From: Cenococcum geophilum
Taxonomy: Eukaryota
DNA length: 64,000 nt
Direction of reading: 5' to 3'
Assembly (NCBI GenBank): GCA_050273025.1
Contig: CP158635.1
Span: 7,378,001 to 7,442,000, forward strand
The position numbers were made by a program, and so were the translations under genes. Numbering within the stretch: the first letter of the stretch is position 1; the number at the start of each line of letters is the position of its first letter. Below the pieces are notes generated by a model. The model worked only from the letters and a program-made list of their open reading frames with translations, did not search any database and was not told the origin of the DNA. Shown here one piece after another: positions 12,805 through 26,936 of the stretch.

Positions 12805-15800
12805 TGTCACAGAACGTGGGCAGTAGCTACAGAGCGTATGTATTTGAGGAGTCTACAAGACGTTACGCGATCGATCGTAAGGGTCGAGGGCGTAAGGAGG
12901 TGATATACCTACGCGTAGCTGACATAAGCTGTATATGAGGTGTACGCAAGAGCACGGGGCTCTCCTATAGAGGCCCCTGCGGTAGGGTTCCGTAACACTA
13001 CCCCCCCTCCTATAAAGGCGGAGCTCCGGTAACGCTATGGTTACTATATATATATAGAAGGGACACTTAAGGTATAGAGAAGAAGAAAAAAGGGGGGTAT
13101 CGCTAAAGGTTTAAAACAACATTATATAATAAGGCTTGGTATCTAAGAATCTAACCAATTAGATAACTTTAACTGCCGGTTGAAGTTCCTAGATATCTTA
13201 ACGATATTCTAGTCACGTAATTGCACTTTACCGCAATCTAACGGCAATATGGCGGCAATTTGCCCTTACGTAGTAATGTATAACGGTTTAGCTCTATAAG
13301 GGCTCCTATAGAGGATTAGGTATAAAATCTCTACTTAGGCCTAGTTTCTGTAGGTTTACGTAGTAAAAGTCGCTGATTAGATCCTTTGTATTTTTAAAGT
13401 CTTCCTATAGTTGCCATTCTGGCTAATCTATATCAAATCCTGTATATATAGCTCTGTAGTAGAGCCATTGTCCTCTGCCTTTGCTAAAGTATTTAGAGTT
13501 AATAATTCGTTTAATAGTCTACTCCTCGTAGTTCTTATCTTTGTTTTTGTCTTGGATTAGTACTAGTGGGGGTTTAGGCTATATCTGCCCTAGTAAGGGG
13601 TTAGGCTAATAGAGGTATAGTAGCTATAGGTAAAATATAGGCTATATCCTGCGGGTAGCTAGGGTAGGCGGAAGTTCTAGCTTATATGCGGCTCCCTTAT
13701 TAATAACTTATTTAATTAGATAGGGGCTGAGGTTCTTGTGATTAAGTGACTTTATAGGCCTCTACGTAGAGATATTGCGTGCATCTAGCTATACCCAGTC
13801 GCCAACACGTATCTCCAGTAGTGGCGTTCTATAATAGTTAGTAAAGTAGGCCTGCTTTGCTTAAGCCTAGGCCATTTCTCCCTTATAGTAGTTAAGTAGA
13901 TTTTTTATACAGTTTATATGCTAGTTAGTAAGTAGTATCTTAAGGCATTTTCTATATAGCAGTTTCTTATTAATAGGTTCTAGTAGCTCTATACCGGATT
14001 AGGGGTAATAACCCTTATTTACAAAGAATGGGGTAAGTCCTATAGTAGTTAAGATATAGTTATTTGCTGCGAATTTACCTAGTAGGAGGTAATCTACCTA
14101 GTTATCTTAACTATAGGCGACTACCTATCGTAGGTACGCTTTTATGCTGGCGTTAGCGTTTTCCGGTTACCCAGCAGTTTTATAATAAAAGGATATAGAT
14201 ATCTTAACGGAGATGCCAAGGCGTTAGCAGATTTATCTCTATACATTAGAGTTAAATTATATGCCTTAGTCGGACGTAATTAAGTTAGGTAACCTATATA
14301 GTCGGTAAACTTTGCGGAGGAAGGCGTTAGTAACATCGCTAACGGCTACGCCTTTAGTTAGGACGTAGTGGCGCTCTTTTATAAGTCGGTATATTATTAT
14401 AAGGATATTCTTATAGGTACGGCCGTGTCGTTTATAGGGTAGTAGGTTAATAACGAAATCTATGGCGATATCTACCCATCGTTATATAGGTATTGGTAGA
14501 GGGTGTAGTAGTCCTTAGTACTTTATATTAAAGGCCTTAGCGCGCTTATAACTATAGTAGGCGCCTATAAAGCGTTCAACTAAGTCTATTATTTTTGGCC
14601 AGAAGTAGTATCGGCTAAGAAGCTTATAGGTTCCTTTTCTACCTAGGTAGCCGCTTAATTAGAGGTTATAGGCCATTTGGATTAGTTGCTATTATAGATT
14701 TTCTAAGTTAGGGATAAATAGGCGACCTCTGTAATAGAGCCTATTCTCTTTTACTTTTAAGGCTGCTATATTAATCTGGCCTAAGCTTTAGAGGTTAATA
14801 GGCAGTATATAGGCGCTAGCGGTCTTTACGGTAATAAGTTAATATAGTAATAGGTTAACAGAGGTGTTATATACCGTAGTAATAAGCTTATTAATTTTAG
14901 GAGGTAACTTTAGTTCTATAGTATAAAGCTAAGGTATAGTTAGCTCTATTGTAGGTAGTATACCTAGGGCCAAATTTCGTGCTTTTAGGATTGTTTATTG
15001 TTAGAACTAATTATAGGGGTTATCTTTAAACTAAGGAAGGTCTTACAAGCGGCGTATTAGGCTATTAGGTTTAGTACCTTATACTCCTAATCTATATATA
15101 ATTTTAAAGTTAAAACTAGAAAGGAACTCATTCTAACGTGCTTAATGTCGGTTTAGCTACTTTGTGGTTATAAAGTACTTAAGGTTGCAATGGTCTGTAA
15201 GGACTTTAGTTAGCTAGTTAGGCTCTACTAAGGAAAGTTCTAGTTAGAATTCTTTAAACGCTCGTATGATTATAAGGAGTTCTTTATTATAAATCTTATA
15301 GTTACACTCTTATAGTGTAAGCTTAGACGAGTAGAATGCGACTAGGTAAAGGAGACCATTATTACCTATTTAGGAAAGGACGCCTGCGTTAATATAGTCT
15401 AAGAAGTCGGTTTCAAAATAGAGTTATTGTCCTAGTATAAAGTAAGCTAGAATAGGTGCTTTGGTAAAGGCATTTTTAAGGTCTTAAAACGCCTTCTTGT
15501 ATTTAGGCATCTAGGTAAAGCGTAGGTACGTTTTTCTTCCTTTTACAAAAAGGCCCTTCGTTTGCATTATTGCTATAAGTAGTGCTACTACGCCTAAGAA
15601 GTTATATATGAATTTCTAATAGAAGTTAGTAAAACTAAGAAAGGCTTATACGTCCTTAATATAGTTAGGGGCTTGCTATTTAGTAATTATACGTACCTTC
15701 TTAGGGTCTATATGGACACCCTTAGTAGTAACAATTAGTTTAAGGTATTTTACTTCTATAACTAAGAATTCGCATTTCTTTAAATCAATATAAAGTCCTG

Positions 15801-18800
15801 CGTCCCTAAGGCGCTATAGAACTTTTTAAACGTGTTTAGTATACTTAAAAGGGTTATCGCTATAAATAAGTATATTGTCTAGGTACGCAGAGCAGAAGTT
15901 ATTAAGGTAGTCCTATAAGGCGTTATTAATATAGCTTTAAAAGGTGCCTGGGCCGTTATATACGCCAAAAGGTATAATAGTATATTCAAATTGGCCGAAG
16001 CGCGATGCGAATGCAGTTTTCCATTTATCACCTTCCCGTATTTAGAGATAGTTAAAGGCGGCGATAATATCAAGCTTAGTATAGATTTTAGCTTGGCTAA
16101 GCCGCTTAAGGGTCTCCCGTATAAGCGGTACTGGGTATTAGTTTTTAATTATAATAGCGTTAAGTCCTCTATAGTTAATATAGAATTAAATACCTCCTTC
16201 TAGCTTCTTAGCGAGAAGAATAGGGGCGGCTGCTAGTAATATACTAGGATAAATAAACCCTTTATTAAGGTGCTCGTTAATATACTTTCTTATAACTAGA
16301 AGTTCGTCTTTTAATATTAGGTAGGGTCTCTTATAAGGTAGCGTTTTTCCTTATTTAATATTAATGGCATAGTTATTAGGTTAATGTAGGGGGAGTATAT
16401 TTACGCCCTTTTATAAGCATATGTTAATAAAGTCGTAGTACCTTTTAGGGAGGAGCTTACGGAGTTCTTTATTAGTAAGTCCTTTTTTAAGTTTTATAAA
16501 CTTCTTAAAGTCTAAAGGTAAAAGTCTATAGAGTTCCGCAGGGGCATCGTTTTCTAAAAAGTCAACTATATCTATCCTATTACTATAAAAGACGTAGTCC
16601 TATTCTTTATTAAGCTTATATAGTCGTAATCGGGAAGCTATAGCAATAGTCTAGCCTTTCCTACGTGCTATACAGTAGAAGGCCGCGGCACTTATGTAGT
16701 AGTAGTTAATCGTAGGTGGGATAATAAGGGGTTTCTTAGGTTAATATCCTGGTAAGTAAATAGAGGCGGCTAGGCCATATCCTAGGCAAGTCTCTTTATA
16801 GTATTTAGAGTTAAAGGTTGCTTCTTTCTTTCCTAGTTAATGGCAGGGTTGTGTTATTTAAGCTAGCTTATTTTAAGGATAATAGGGTAGTTAGCAAGTG
16901 GTATAATATAGGCCTAGAGCTCTTCCTGGTGCCCGTTTATATCTAAGTAGAGTTATACTACATGGGTAATCTTTTATGCGGTATAACTACCGTTAGCGAG
17001 TTATAGGGCGCGGGCTTTAGTAAGGGGTAAGGTAGGTAGGTTATAAGTACGCACAAGTTAGGTATCTATAAATTAGTTAGTAGCTCCGTAGTTAATTATA
17101 GAACGGCTTTTATATTATTTTTTAGTAGTAGTTCCTATTATAGGTAAAACTATCTATTTCTGTCTATTTATCTTTACTAGGTTATTTATTAAGCAGGCCA
17201 ATATATAGATCTCTCTATCATTAGGGCGTCCTAACCTACGACTTAAGGCTAGGACTTGGCGTTTTCCGCTTCCGTATCCAATTCTACTACTATTACTACA
17301 TCTTCGTCTTATATAGTAGTGGCATATAGTAACATATTTAGTGTTTGGGGCATTAGGTTAGGTATTAGGCGGCAAGTACTAAACCTAGCCATTAAGTAGT
17401 TTAGATTATTGCAATAATAGCCTTTTTAACGGTATCTATAGCAGCGTCCTAGTTTCCGGAGTAGCTCACGTTCTCTGTCTAGGAGTTTTTATGGAAAGGT
17501 TAGTATAAAGAGGTTAATATTGGCTCTAGTGGTACTTAAGGTAGTAGGCGTTGGTGGCTTAGTATATATAGGTTTAATAGGCCCGGAGGGCTTCTATAAA
17601 GAGGTCTTTAAGCAAAGGTTAGCGGTAGTAATTTAATTTAGTCGTTGTTTAATCTTCTATAAGGCTGCTACCATCTTATAAACATTGTTATAGTTATAGC
17701 TAACGGCTGCGTAACTAAGGCAATAAGTAACTTTTTTAAGGAGATCCTTCTAGTCTTCCGTATTATCTCGGGCGAGGGCTCTAGTATATTCCTAGAATTT
17801 AATATAGAACTCGTTAAATAATTTGGTAGGGCTTATCTTTAGGGCACGTAGTTTAGCTCGGTTAGTGGCTAGTAGGTTATAATTACGGTATATTAAGTTA
17901 AGATTATTAAGGACTTCTTAGTAAAACTACTACTTCTAGGGGCTACTAGTCTCCTATTAGGCAAAGAATCTGTTAAATAGTATACCCTTTATTCGCCTAA
18001 TAATGTAGCTAATCTTAGTGTCTTCCGTAGGAAAAAGGCAGGTACTCTAAGTTAGTTTCTTACGGATTTACATCTTCTAGTGGCTGTATTCCTTACGGTT
18101 TCCCTAAAAGACTAGGGGATTAGGGTAGCGTATATTAGACCCTATAGTGGCAGTTTAGGTCCGATTATTATGGCTTTTATTATCGCTGCTTTAGTAGGGG
18201 TTCCTATTAGGTAAAGCTGCTTAGCGCTAACCCTTTATTAAGCGTTAAGTAGGTGAAGTTGCTAGGGGCGTAAAGACTTAGGTGGCGTTATATATAATAG
18301 AGAGGTGTCTAGCGTTATTACAAATATACTTATTAAGCTAAGATTATAGGTATTTAATTATGCCTTCTTTTTTAGTAACCGTAGCAATTAGTACAATCTC
18401 CTTCTTCTTTAACTATTAGACGTCGCGTTTAGACATACAGAGGTCGTCTTTGGTTTCTTAACGTGTGTTATTAGTGAGCGCCTTACGAGCTTATAGGTCT
18501 TGGATAATATTATAATTTTAGGCAGTACGCATCTTAGCTCGTGTAAGCTTTAGGTAGTAGTTCTATAGAAGGCGGTAGTATTTATTAGGGTTTTGTGCTA
18601 CTATTTTTATAAACGTCTTGGCGTCTCGTATCTTAATTTTAATAGGTAGTAGCCCTTCCGTTTGCTTATCCGTAGTTATATAGTTAATAAAAAATAAGAC
18701 ATTATTAGTGTCCATCTCCTTAGGGGTTAAGGCTAGGGCTAATAAATCGAATTCTCCTAGGATTAATTGGCGTTGTAGGTTAAGTATAGGTATTAGATTG

Positions 18801-19167
18801 TTCTTTAGGTTTAATATAGTAGCTAGTAAGGAATATTATCTTACTATTATGGGTTCCTTAGAAGTATAAAGTAAGGTAATTTATAGACACGCTGCTTTTG
18901 GCAGCGCCTGCAGTATTGCAAAGACGTAGAATTAGTCGTAGGCTGAGCGTCAGTGGTAAAAAGGCGCAACGTAATGTCACGGAACGTAGGCAGTAGCTAC
19001 AGAGCGTATGTATTTAAGGAGTCTACAAGACGTTACGCGATCGATCGTAAGGGTCAAGGGCGTAAGGAGGTAATATACCTACGCGTAGCTGACATAAGCT
19101 GTACGCGAGGTATACGCAAGAGCACGGGGCTCTCCTATGGAGGCCCCTGCGGTGGGGTTCCATAACA
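12805..19167 (-). mobile_element. Gypsy chromovirus family B, copy 1, full length, nested in the RT region of A
   Basis: 193-bp LTRs at 12805-12997 and 18975-19167; TSD GTAAT; PPT (CTACCCCCCCTCC on +); degenerate RT, RNase H, integrase and chromodomain on the minus strand; collinear with 57608-63951. Confidence 0.95.
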
Positions 19168-22100
19168 GTAATAGGTCTAAAATATAATAAGATCCTTAGA
19201 CCTAAGGTCTATTCTAATTTAGTAAAAGGCCTAGTGGATATTAAGCTTTATAAAGACCTTAGCTCTACTTATTTAGGCTAGAGTCTTATTAAGTAAAGGA
19301 AGTAGGTAGTAGTCCTTGCGGGTTATATTATTTAGCTTATAGTAGTTAATATAGAAGTAAAGTCCTCTATTTAGCTTTTTAATAAAGAGAATAGGCGAGG
19401 TAAAAGGGGCTTAGCTAGGCTTAATAAAGCCCTTATTTAGGTTATTAATAAGATACTACTTTATAGCCTATAATTTGGTAATAAACTGCTTATAGAGGGG
19501 GCTAAAGCCAAGGGTGTTTTTCTTACCCTGCTTAATCTTAATCTTATAGTTATATAGTTAGTAAGGTAAAAGTATATTAGATACTACTTTAAAGAATATA
19601 TCCTTAAATTTCTAGTATTAATAGGGCAGCTTTTATTTTACTAGTTCCTTATCTATAAGCTCGCTTTTTTATCTACTAAGCTTATTTTTTTTATATTATT
19701 TAATTAAATTTATACAAGCTAGTTATAAAGACGATAGTATTAGGCTGAACTAAGTTCCGGTAGAATCCTACGGCACTAATATAGTAGATATTAACTGGTG
19801 GGAGGTCCGCTAGTTTCCTTATAGCCGTTTTCCGGACCGTATTTTATAGTCTAGGGTTTATAGTCTTTTTTAGATCCTATTTTATCTTCCGTAGGTTATC
19901 TCTCTAATTTATTAGTTTAGTATAATATCTAATATCCCTTACTATTCTTTATGGCTGTATAGGGCCTAAGCTCTCTATAGGGGGCTTTTTTAAGTTACTA
20001 TTAACTTTCTAGGTCTTTAATACGGGTGGCGTAATATAGGTAGTCTAAGGGCAACGTAGTATATAGATTCGTTGCGAATTAAGCTATATATCTTTCTTAA
20101 AGGCCTAGTCCCTACGTATAGTATCGGCCTAGTAAAGAGTATTAATCTAGGGCCGTATAAGGTTTTTTATTGTAATACTAATTTCTTTTATAAAGGAAGG
20201 GGTTAGGGGTAGGGTTTTAGGCTAGATAAGCCGCCTACTCTATAAATTAAGCTGTAAGCCTAAATAGGCTAGCTATTTTCTTTTTAAAATTATATTATAG
20301 CTTCCTAGGTCCGTAATAAGGAAAGGGATATTATACTACCTTCGTCCGTCTACACGGAGGTAAATCTATAAGATAGTTATAATAGGTGGTCCTATCTACC
20401 GGTTATACCCGCGAATAGGAATTAATTTAGGCAGTTCTTTAATAGGTGCATTAAAAAAGTTAGCCAGCTTTATAGTGTACTAGGTATCTATTAAGGTAAA
20501 GATATTTACTTTAGAGTTAGCTAAAGCAGAGGTTAAAACTTAATATTTATTGCGGAATAAAGTATAAGGAATAGTGCAGCTTCTTCTACTAACTAGCCAA
20601 CCTAGATTAATATCTAATATATTAATCCCTTTTAACCCTAGAAAAGAGTCTTCCTCTAAGGTTCCTTTTTTTCTAACTCTATACTATCCTCCTAGATTAA
20701 TAGAACATTGTCTACTTTTATATTTATTCGGCAATCCTTTATACGGTAGCCTTTCTAACTATAGAAGAAGTAAGCTCCTTAATTACTAAGGGCCTATATA
20801 TAGAGGTTACTATATATAGGCTGAGTATTTGCTAGACCTATAGTAGAACTAGCCGTATAGCTAGCTACTAAATTAGCGGCGGGCTATACGGGTAGTGCGG
20901 TAGGGGTTACTAATTGTGCTAGGGTATTGCGGGCCGTTCTTATATTACTTATAGTCTAATTTAAAGGGTTTCTAGCCTTATACCGTTTAGCGCGTACCTT
21001 AATTTAGTAGAGGCCTTAGTTAATAGCTAAGCACTAATCCATAAGTTCCTTTAGCGTCTATATAGTAGTAAAAACTAGCAATATAGCTCGCTGTAGGTCT
21101 AGGGTAAGCTTATTAAATAGATCTAGCATTAAATCTTCCTAAGGAATTTAAGCCTAGCCGGCTAGGTATAGAAAGCGGGTCTAAAAGGCTAAGAAGGTCT
21201 CTATCGTTTTTATATTTAGGCTTTTATAATTAAGTTGGGCGTTTTATACTTTAAAGGGGTCCTTATAAATAGAAGATAGGTAAACAATTATCTCTTCTTT
21301 AAAGAGAAAGGGATCTACTAAGTCCTATGCGTATTACGGACGTAGGTACGTCTATACGTCCCTACCGGTACGGCCGAAGACGTAGGCTATTTTGGCCTAA
21401 GTAGTAGGGAAGTAGTCCGTATTAACTTTAAGCTTATCCTATAGTTAAAGCTTCTAATTATTAAATATAGGGTTAGTTCTATTTATAAGTAATAGAGGGT
21501 CCACAACCTTTACAGACCGCGACGATGCTAATGCTATACGTTAGGCTAGGGCCTTAAGGACTATAGTAAGTCTCTAGGTGTCTAATAACTCTTCGCTAGG
21601 TATAGGGGGTTCTCTAGCTTTAAGCAGCTCTTAAAGTTATTTAATTTTAGCATTGGCTACTATAAGCTCTCCCTAGGAGTTCGAGTTAGTTACTATTTTA
21701 CTATTAAAGGTATTTAAGGGTCCTGCGGCTACTTTACCGGCTACTATATTTCTTGGCATAGTGGTACAGTTATTATAGTAACTTTTAGTAGAATTTTGTA
21801 GGGGTTCTGGTCTATGTTTATTCTATAGGTCTTATTATTCTTTTCTATTCTTTAAGTTCTAGTAATAGTTTTTAGGTCTACTTCTGTGTTCTGTTTTTAT
21901 TTATAGTCTATAAATATTTTTTAGTTCCTTCTTAGGAAGAAGAGTAGATAAGCTTTGGATAATATTAGTAACTTAGTTAATTAAGGCACGAGTATAGCAA
22001 GAGGGACGCGCAGCCTATATAATTGGTAGTTTATAAACAAAAATCTAAAGCTAGAGAAAAGAAAGGAGACAGAGGGTGGCGCCGCTTAACATTATATATA

Positions 22101-24476
22101 ATCCTCTAGTCATATAACGGTAATTATTTAAAACTGTATAAAACTTTCTGCGACTGTCCGCTATAATCTACTAATATCTATTAACCACAATCTACTAGTT
22201 TTTACTAGCGCTGTAACAGAGTCTAATTAATAGAATAATACGGTATATTATATAAATAGATAAATCTTTAAGGGAAAAGGAGGAGTCTAAGTAGGAAGTA
22301 ATAAAGGGGTTTTTCTAGGTATATATAGCGTATATACCTTATAGCTATATAACTATCTACTTAGGTTTTACCTAATATTAGTATTATTCGTATCTATATA
22401 GATCTAGTAAAGGAAGACAGGTATCTAAATAGGGCCTATAGAGTTTATACGTCTACCTTTAGACGGCCCTATACCTATTTTATTTATATCTATACCTAGG
22501 TCCGTTTCTAAACCTATTAATAGCTAGGTTTTGTCTTTAGATAAACTCTTTCCCGTATATCTAACACTTAGAGAGATATTAAAGAGCCCTCTATTAAAGC
22601 CTTTATTAGAGAGACCCCTATTTACTACTATAGACCCTACTTAGCCGTCTATTATAACGTCTACTATAACGTCTACTATAACGTCTACTATAATCCTACT
22701 ACTGTTGTAAGCTAACGCTTAACCTCTTCTATTTATCCTTAACCTATAGGCGTCGCCAAGAAAATATAAGACGCTTTTAGAGTGGCAATTTAGTCTTCTA
22801 GCTCTAGATTAAGTAAACGTTAGGGCTAATAGGTAGGCTGTTAATTAAAGCTCTTAATTACTATTAGGGGACGCGTTAGCGAGTTAATAGCAAGGCTATA
22901 TTCTATAGCCGTTACTATAAGATAATTAAGGATATAAAACGGCGCGTAGAAGGTGGTATAGTAAAAGATGAAAGATAGGCTATTAACTAGCTAGAATAGC
23001 TATAAAGGCTGGCGTTCTTTAGATTAGCTTTATAAGAATATTTAATTACTAATTAGCCTCTAAAGCGGGAGAGGAAAAGTCTCCCTTTTAAGTAGTATAT
23101 ATATATAACACTAGATAATACTTATTTTATTTCTAAAATAGTTATTTTACTATAGTAACTAAAACGCCTTAATATAGGACTATACTATAGTAACTAAGAC
23201 GTCTTAATAACGTCTAGTCTCTACGTATATATACTACCTTTATTATATATAATAGTAATAATAGAACGCGTTTAGGTATTTAAATTTTAAGGTAATATTA
23301 CGCGATCGCCTATAAAGTACCGATCTAATATAAATTATATACCTTTTCGCCCAAAATCGCGTGCGAGGGTACTCGGGGGCGGTCGCTGCGCGACCTCGTG
23401 CGGGGTTCGTTTGCAATATTAGGGGGGGGTTGCCCTAACCTCGTAATAACCCGGGTCGTAACCGCACCAAAGCCCCCCCGATATGTGATAGATATCTAGT
23501 TGCAAATCTTCTAGACATGACTTGGTAAGTATTTTCATCGTACCCTCGTAGGTATTCTTCTAATTGAGGTAGAGGCGTACAAGAGACCTTCTACTAAGAC
23601 AGCCGTATCTCTCGCTGCTAGGTTTCCATTCTCCTTTCGAAATGCTGTGTAGGCTCAAGCGTGTGGAAAACAAGTGGCAGAAATAATAAGAGAGATCCGT
23701 CCATAACTAAGGAAAAGATTTCAGTACGCATAGCTCGATTTTATCAATGTGGGATTTGCAGATCAACAGGAGAATCACATGTCACCGAAGGGTGAGTGAT
23801 ACAGTTATCGAAATCCTGACGAGAACGAGTTATACCCTGTATATCTTTATTCAGCCACGAGATTTGAACCGATCATGGGGCCTAACCTCCAAGCTAAGTA
23901 CTGATTCCGTGCGGGAAAATCGCCTAATTCTTCCCAGGCTCGCCACGATTAGCCCTAAGTTCTTCACCGTATTGAAAACGCATTTCAAGGCGTCCGTATA
24001 CTATGTAAGAGTGGAGCTAGGCTCGGGAATGCTGTGCAAAAGAGACATCTCTGCTGGTCATTTGTCCAATTTCTGAAAGGAATGTTGAAATAGCATGTGA
24101 GTAGAGCCTTACTTGCGTACTCGATGCGGGTACGGAATATACATAGTTTATATATATTTCGGTCTTTTTTCATAAATGTTATCAAACTGTCAAGCCGTCT
24201 ACCCAACAAAGGCCCAAGGGAAGTGAGAGTTTATCAGGAGAAAGCCATTGGTTTTCAGATCTTGTAAAGTAAGTACACTGTTTATCGTCAAGCATATACA
24301 TTAACGTCTATATTTGTAGTAGGCTCGCTCAAAGGCCATCCATATCAGAAAAGGGAAGCAGACGCTAGGCGGTTATACGGTCATACGGCTAAGGAGAGAG
24401 TGAGAAACACAAAGTCAATATACGCAACAGTGACGAGAGTTATTTCAACTGTATAACTTCGTTGACCGCCAGCATA

Positions 24477-26153
24477 ATGCTCATTTCAGTCCTTTTCTTT
24501 TTTTTTCCCCTCGCCCTGGCTGCTCCAGCAAAAAGAGCTTCTGGGCCGACAGTTACCATTGCTGCCCCTGCAGCAACAGTAATCGGTTCTTCAACCTCTG
24601 GTGTCGACACCTTCAACGGAATCCCATTTGCGCAGCCTCCAACAGGATCACTACGACTCAAGCCTCCGCAGCCACTCACCTCGGCTCTTGGTACCGTTAC
24701 AGCGACAGGCACTGCAAAAGCTTGCCCCCAATTTTTTTTCCAGGTCGACTCTAGCCTCCCTATGGACATCCTCAGCATGATTCTTGACCTTCCGATCTTC
24801 CAAACAGTGACTAATGCTGGTGAGGATTGTCTTACTATTAATGTAAACCGGCCTACTGGAACAACATCCTCTTCTAAATTACCAGTCCTGTTCTGGATAT
24901 TTGGTGGCGGATTCGAGCTTGGATCTGCCTTGACGTACGATGGTGCATCTCTTGTCGCAGATTCCATCACGCAAGGGAAGCCAATCATCTTCGTAGGGGT
25001 GAATTACCGTGTTGGAGGGTTTGGATTCCTTCCTGGTTCGGAAATCCTAGCTGATGGTTCGGCGAATCTGGGTCTTTTGGACCAAAGACTTGGTCTGAAG
25101 TGGGTTGCAGACAACATTGAAGCATTTGGAGGAGATCCGGAGAAGGTTACGATATGGGGTGAATCTGCGGGAGCAATCTCCGTCTTTGACCAGATGGCAC
25201 TGTATGACGGAGATAATACCTACAATGGGAAGGCATTATTCCGTGGAGGAATAATGAATTCCGGTAGTATTGTTCCAGCCGACACAGTCGATTGTCCGAA
25301 AGGACAGGGGGTCTATGATACGGTAGTCAGGAACGCAGGCTGCGCTTCTGCAAGTGATACTCTAGAGTGTCTGCGAGGTGTCGACTACACAACTTACCTC
25401 GACGCTGCGAATTCCGTTCCTGGGATCCTGGGCTATAATTCTGCAGCTTTATCTTACCTACCTCGACCTGACGGGACCGCTCTCACGGATTCTCCCGAAG
25501 TTTTGGCTGAACAAGGCAAATATGCGAAAGTCCCCTTTATCGTTGGCGACCAAGAAGATGAGGGTACCATCTTTGCATTATTTCAGTCCAACATCACCAC
25601 TACAGCTGAGCTCGTGAGCTACCTCCTTAATGTAATCTTCCACGATGCTACCCAAGAAGTTATTGAGCAACTGGTTGCCTCGTACCCAGATGATGCGTCA
25701 GATGGCTCGCCATTCCGCACATCTATCTTTAATGAATGGTATCCTCAGTTCAAGCGCCTGGCAGCCATCCTCGGTGACCTCACGTTTACGCTTGCCCGCC
25801 GTGAGTTCTTAGAAATTAGCTCAGCTATCAATCCCGACGTCCCCTCTTGGTCATATCTAGCCTCATACGATTATGGGACACCTATCCTAGGCACATTCCA
25901 TGGCAGTGACCTTCTTCGAGTTTTCTACGGTATCTTGCCTAATTATGCGTCTGCATCTATTCATTCGTACTACTTCTCCTTCGTTTATAACTTGGATCCA
26001 AACACCGGATCAGGCTATATGAACTGGCCGCAGTGGAGCGCAGGCCAACAGCTGATGAACTTTTATGCAACGAGTGCAACCCTTCTTGTTGATGATTTCA
26101 GGTCGGATAGTTACAATGTGATCGTGTCAAACATCGCTAGTCTTCATATTTGA
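24477..26153 (+). CDS. Secreted type-B carboxylesterase / fungal lipase-sterol esterase (Candida rugosa lipase-like)
   Basis: ATG at 24477 followed by a signal peptide; [23 protein letters not shown] oxyanion motif, nucleophile elbow WGESAG, GDQEDEG (Glu) and FHGSD (His); intronless. Confidence 0.93.
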   Translation: MLISVLFFFFPLALAAPAKRASGPTVTIAAPAATVIGSSTSGVDTFNGIPFAQPPTGSLRLKPPQPLTSALGTVTATGTAKACPQFFFQVDSSLPMDILSMILDLPIFQTVTNAGEDCLTINVNRPTGTTSSSKLPVLFWIFGGGFELGSALTYDGASLVADSITQGKPIIFVGVNYRVGGFGFLPGSEILADGSANLGLLDQRLGLKWVADNIEAFGGDPEKVTIWGESAGAISVFDQMALYDGDNTYNGKALFRGGIMNSGSIVPADTVDCPKGQGVYDTVVRNAGCASASDTLECLRGVDYTTYLDAANSVPGILGYNSAALSYLPRPDGTALTDSPEVLAEQGKYAKVPFIVGDQEDEGTIFALFQSNITTTAELVSYLLNVIFHDATQEVIEQLVASYPDDASDGSPFRTSIFNEWYPQFKRLAAILGDLTFTLARREFLEISSAINPDVPSWSYLASYDYGTPILGTFHGSDLLRVFYGILPNYASASIHSYYFSFVYNLDPNTGSGYMNWPQWSAGQQLMNFYATSATLLVDDFRSDSYNVIVSNIASLHI

Positions 26154-26936
26154 GACAGGGGATAACTATGGGAATTAGGTGGTGCTTAATTACGAACTCC
26201 CTGATGCTGATGGCCTAATAATTTATTTGTTATTTAATGTCTGCTTTGCAAGATAACTTATACTTGTTGCTTCCCAGATATGTGTAGGCCTATTTTAATG
26301 ATTTCATTATTGAATTGAAGGGTCGGCAATGGACACCATTGAATATCGAGACTAACATCCTGAATTACCGCCATTCCTAAGGCTACAGCTGGCAAGGCTT
26401 AATAAGCCTTCCAGGATTCTGCGCACATATAGTATATTGTTGCCGGGTTGACCTCCCCAGATTGCCGGATTAAGCGAGCACGCGAGGTGACCTGGTGACG
26501 TCGCCAAAGGATGTGACGATCAGTGTGCCTGCGTTTCGGCGTGGCGCAACAACAACAATTGCCTCAACGCTCTCTACCACAGCCATCTCTGCATCATCCA
26601 CAAAAATACCCCCCGGCCTGCCATATCTCCTACTTGTATTGTCTGTCATCTAAATCACTTGCCTTGTTGTTGAGCTTGGAAATAACTCGACGTTCAAAGA
26701 CTTCGGAGCTTACTTCAAACCTCCTAAACTGTTGAAAACCATCCAAGTGGTCTTGAAAGTGCCCTCGTCTTTGGAGGACACTATTTGAACTGTTTTCACC
26801 CCTCACCCAATCATATTACGGAGCCCTGGAAGCCCTTTGAACGCTGCAGTGTCCTGCTTGACAGATCAACACTCCGACCCCGGTGCAACTTGTCCGGCCA
26901 GGGCGCTTCGCCCGCAGCCAGCGAACAAAACTAGGG

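Larger units (their letters stand above)
9686..22218 (-). mobile_element. Gypsy/Ty3 chromovirus family A, full length, RIP-inactivated
   Basis: 256-bp LTRs at 9686-9941 and 21963-22218 (TG..CA, partly RIPed); TSD GAGAC/GAGTC; PPT at 9942-9955; degenerate gag-PR-RT-RH-IN on the minus strand; chromodomain EILAYKLIRGTLKYYISWKGY near 10170-10245. Confidence 0.92.
8451..23480 (+). mobile_element. RIP-degraded ~2.5 kb element (8451-9685 + 22224-23480) encoding a C-terminal GCR1_C-like domain; Crypton-related or unclassified; split by Gypsy A
   Basis: GC-rich ends CGG...CCG flanked by tat/ata, with an AT-rich RIP interior. 22790-23045 translates VF*L*IK*TLGL.GRLLIKALNYY*GTR*R....IFYSRYYKIIKDIKRR...AIN*LE*L, i.e. 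de-RIPed LWxEWTxGL..PSIEALD..WG.RWR...FYSR..KII. Boundaries are approximate. Confidence 0.6.

Noticed and set aside
18953..19165. Small ORFs repeated at 18953, 53989, 57607 and 63716
   Set aside because: They are antisense readings of the 193-bp family B LTR, not genes.
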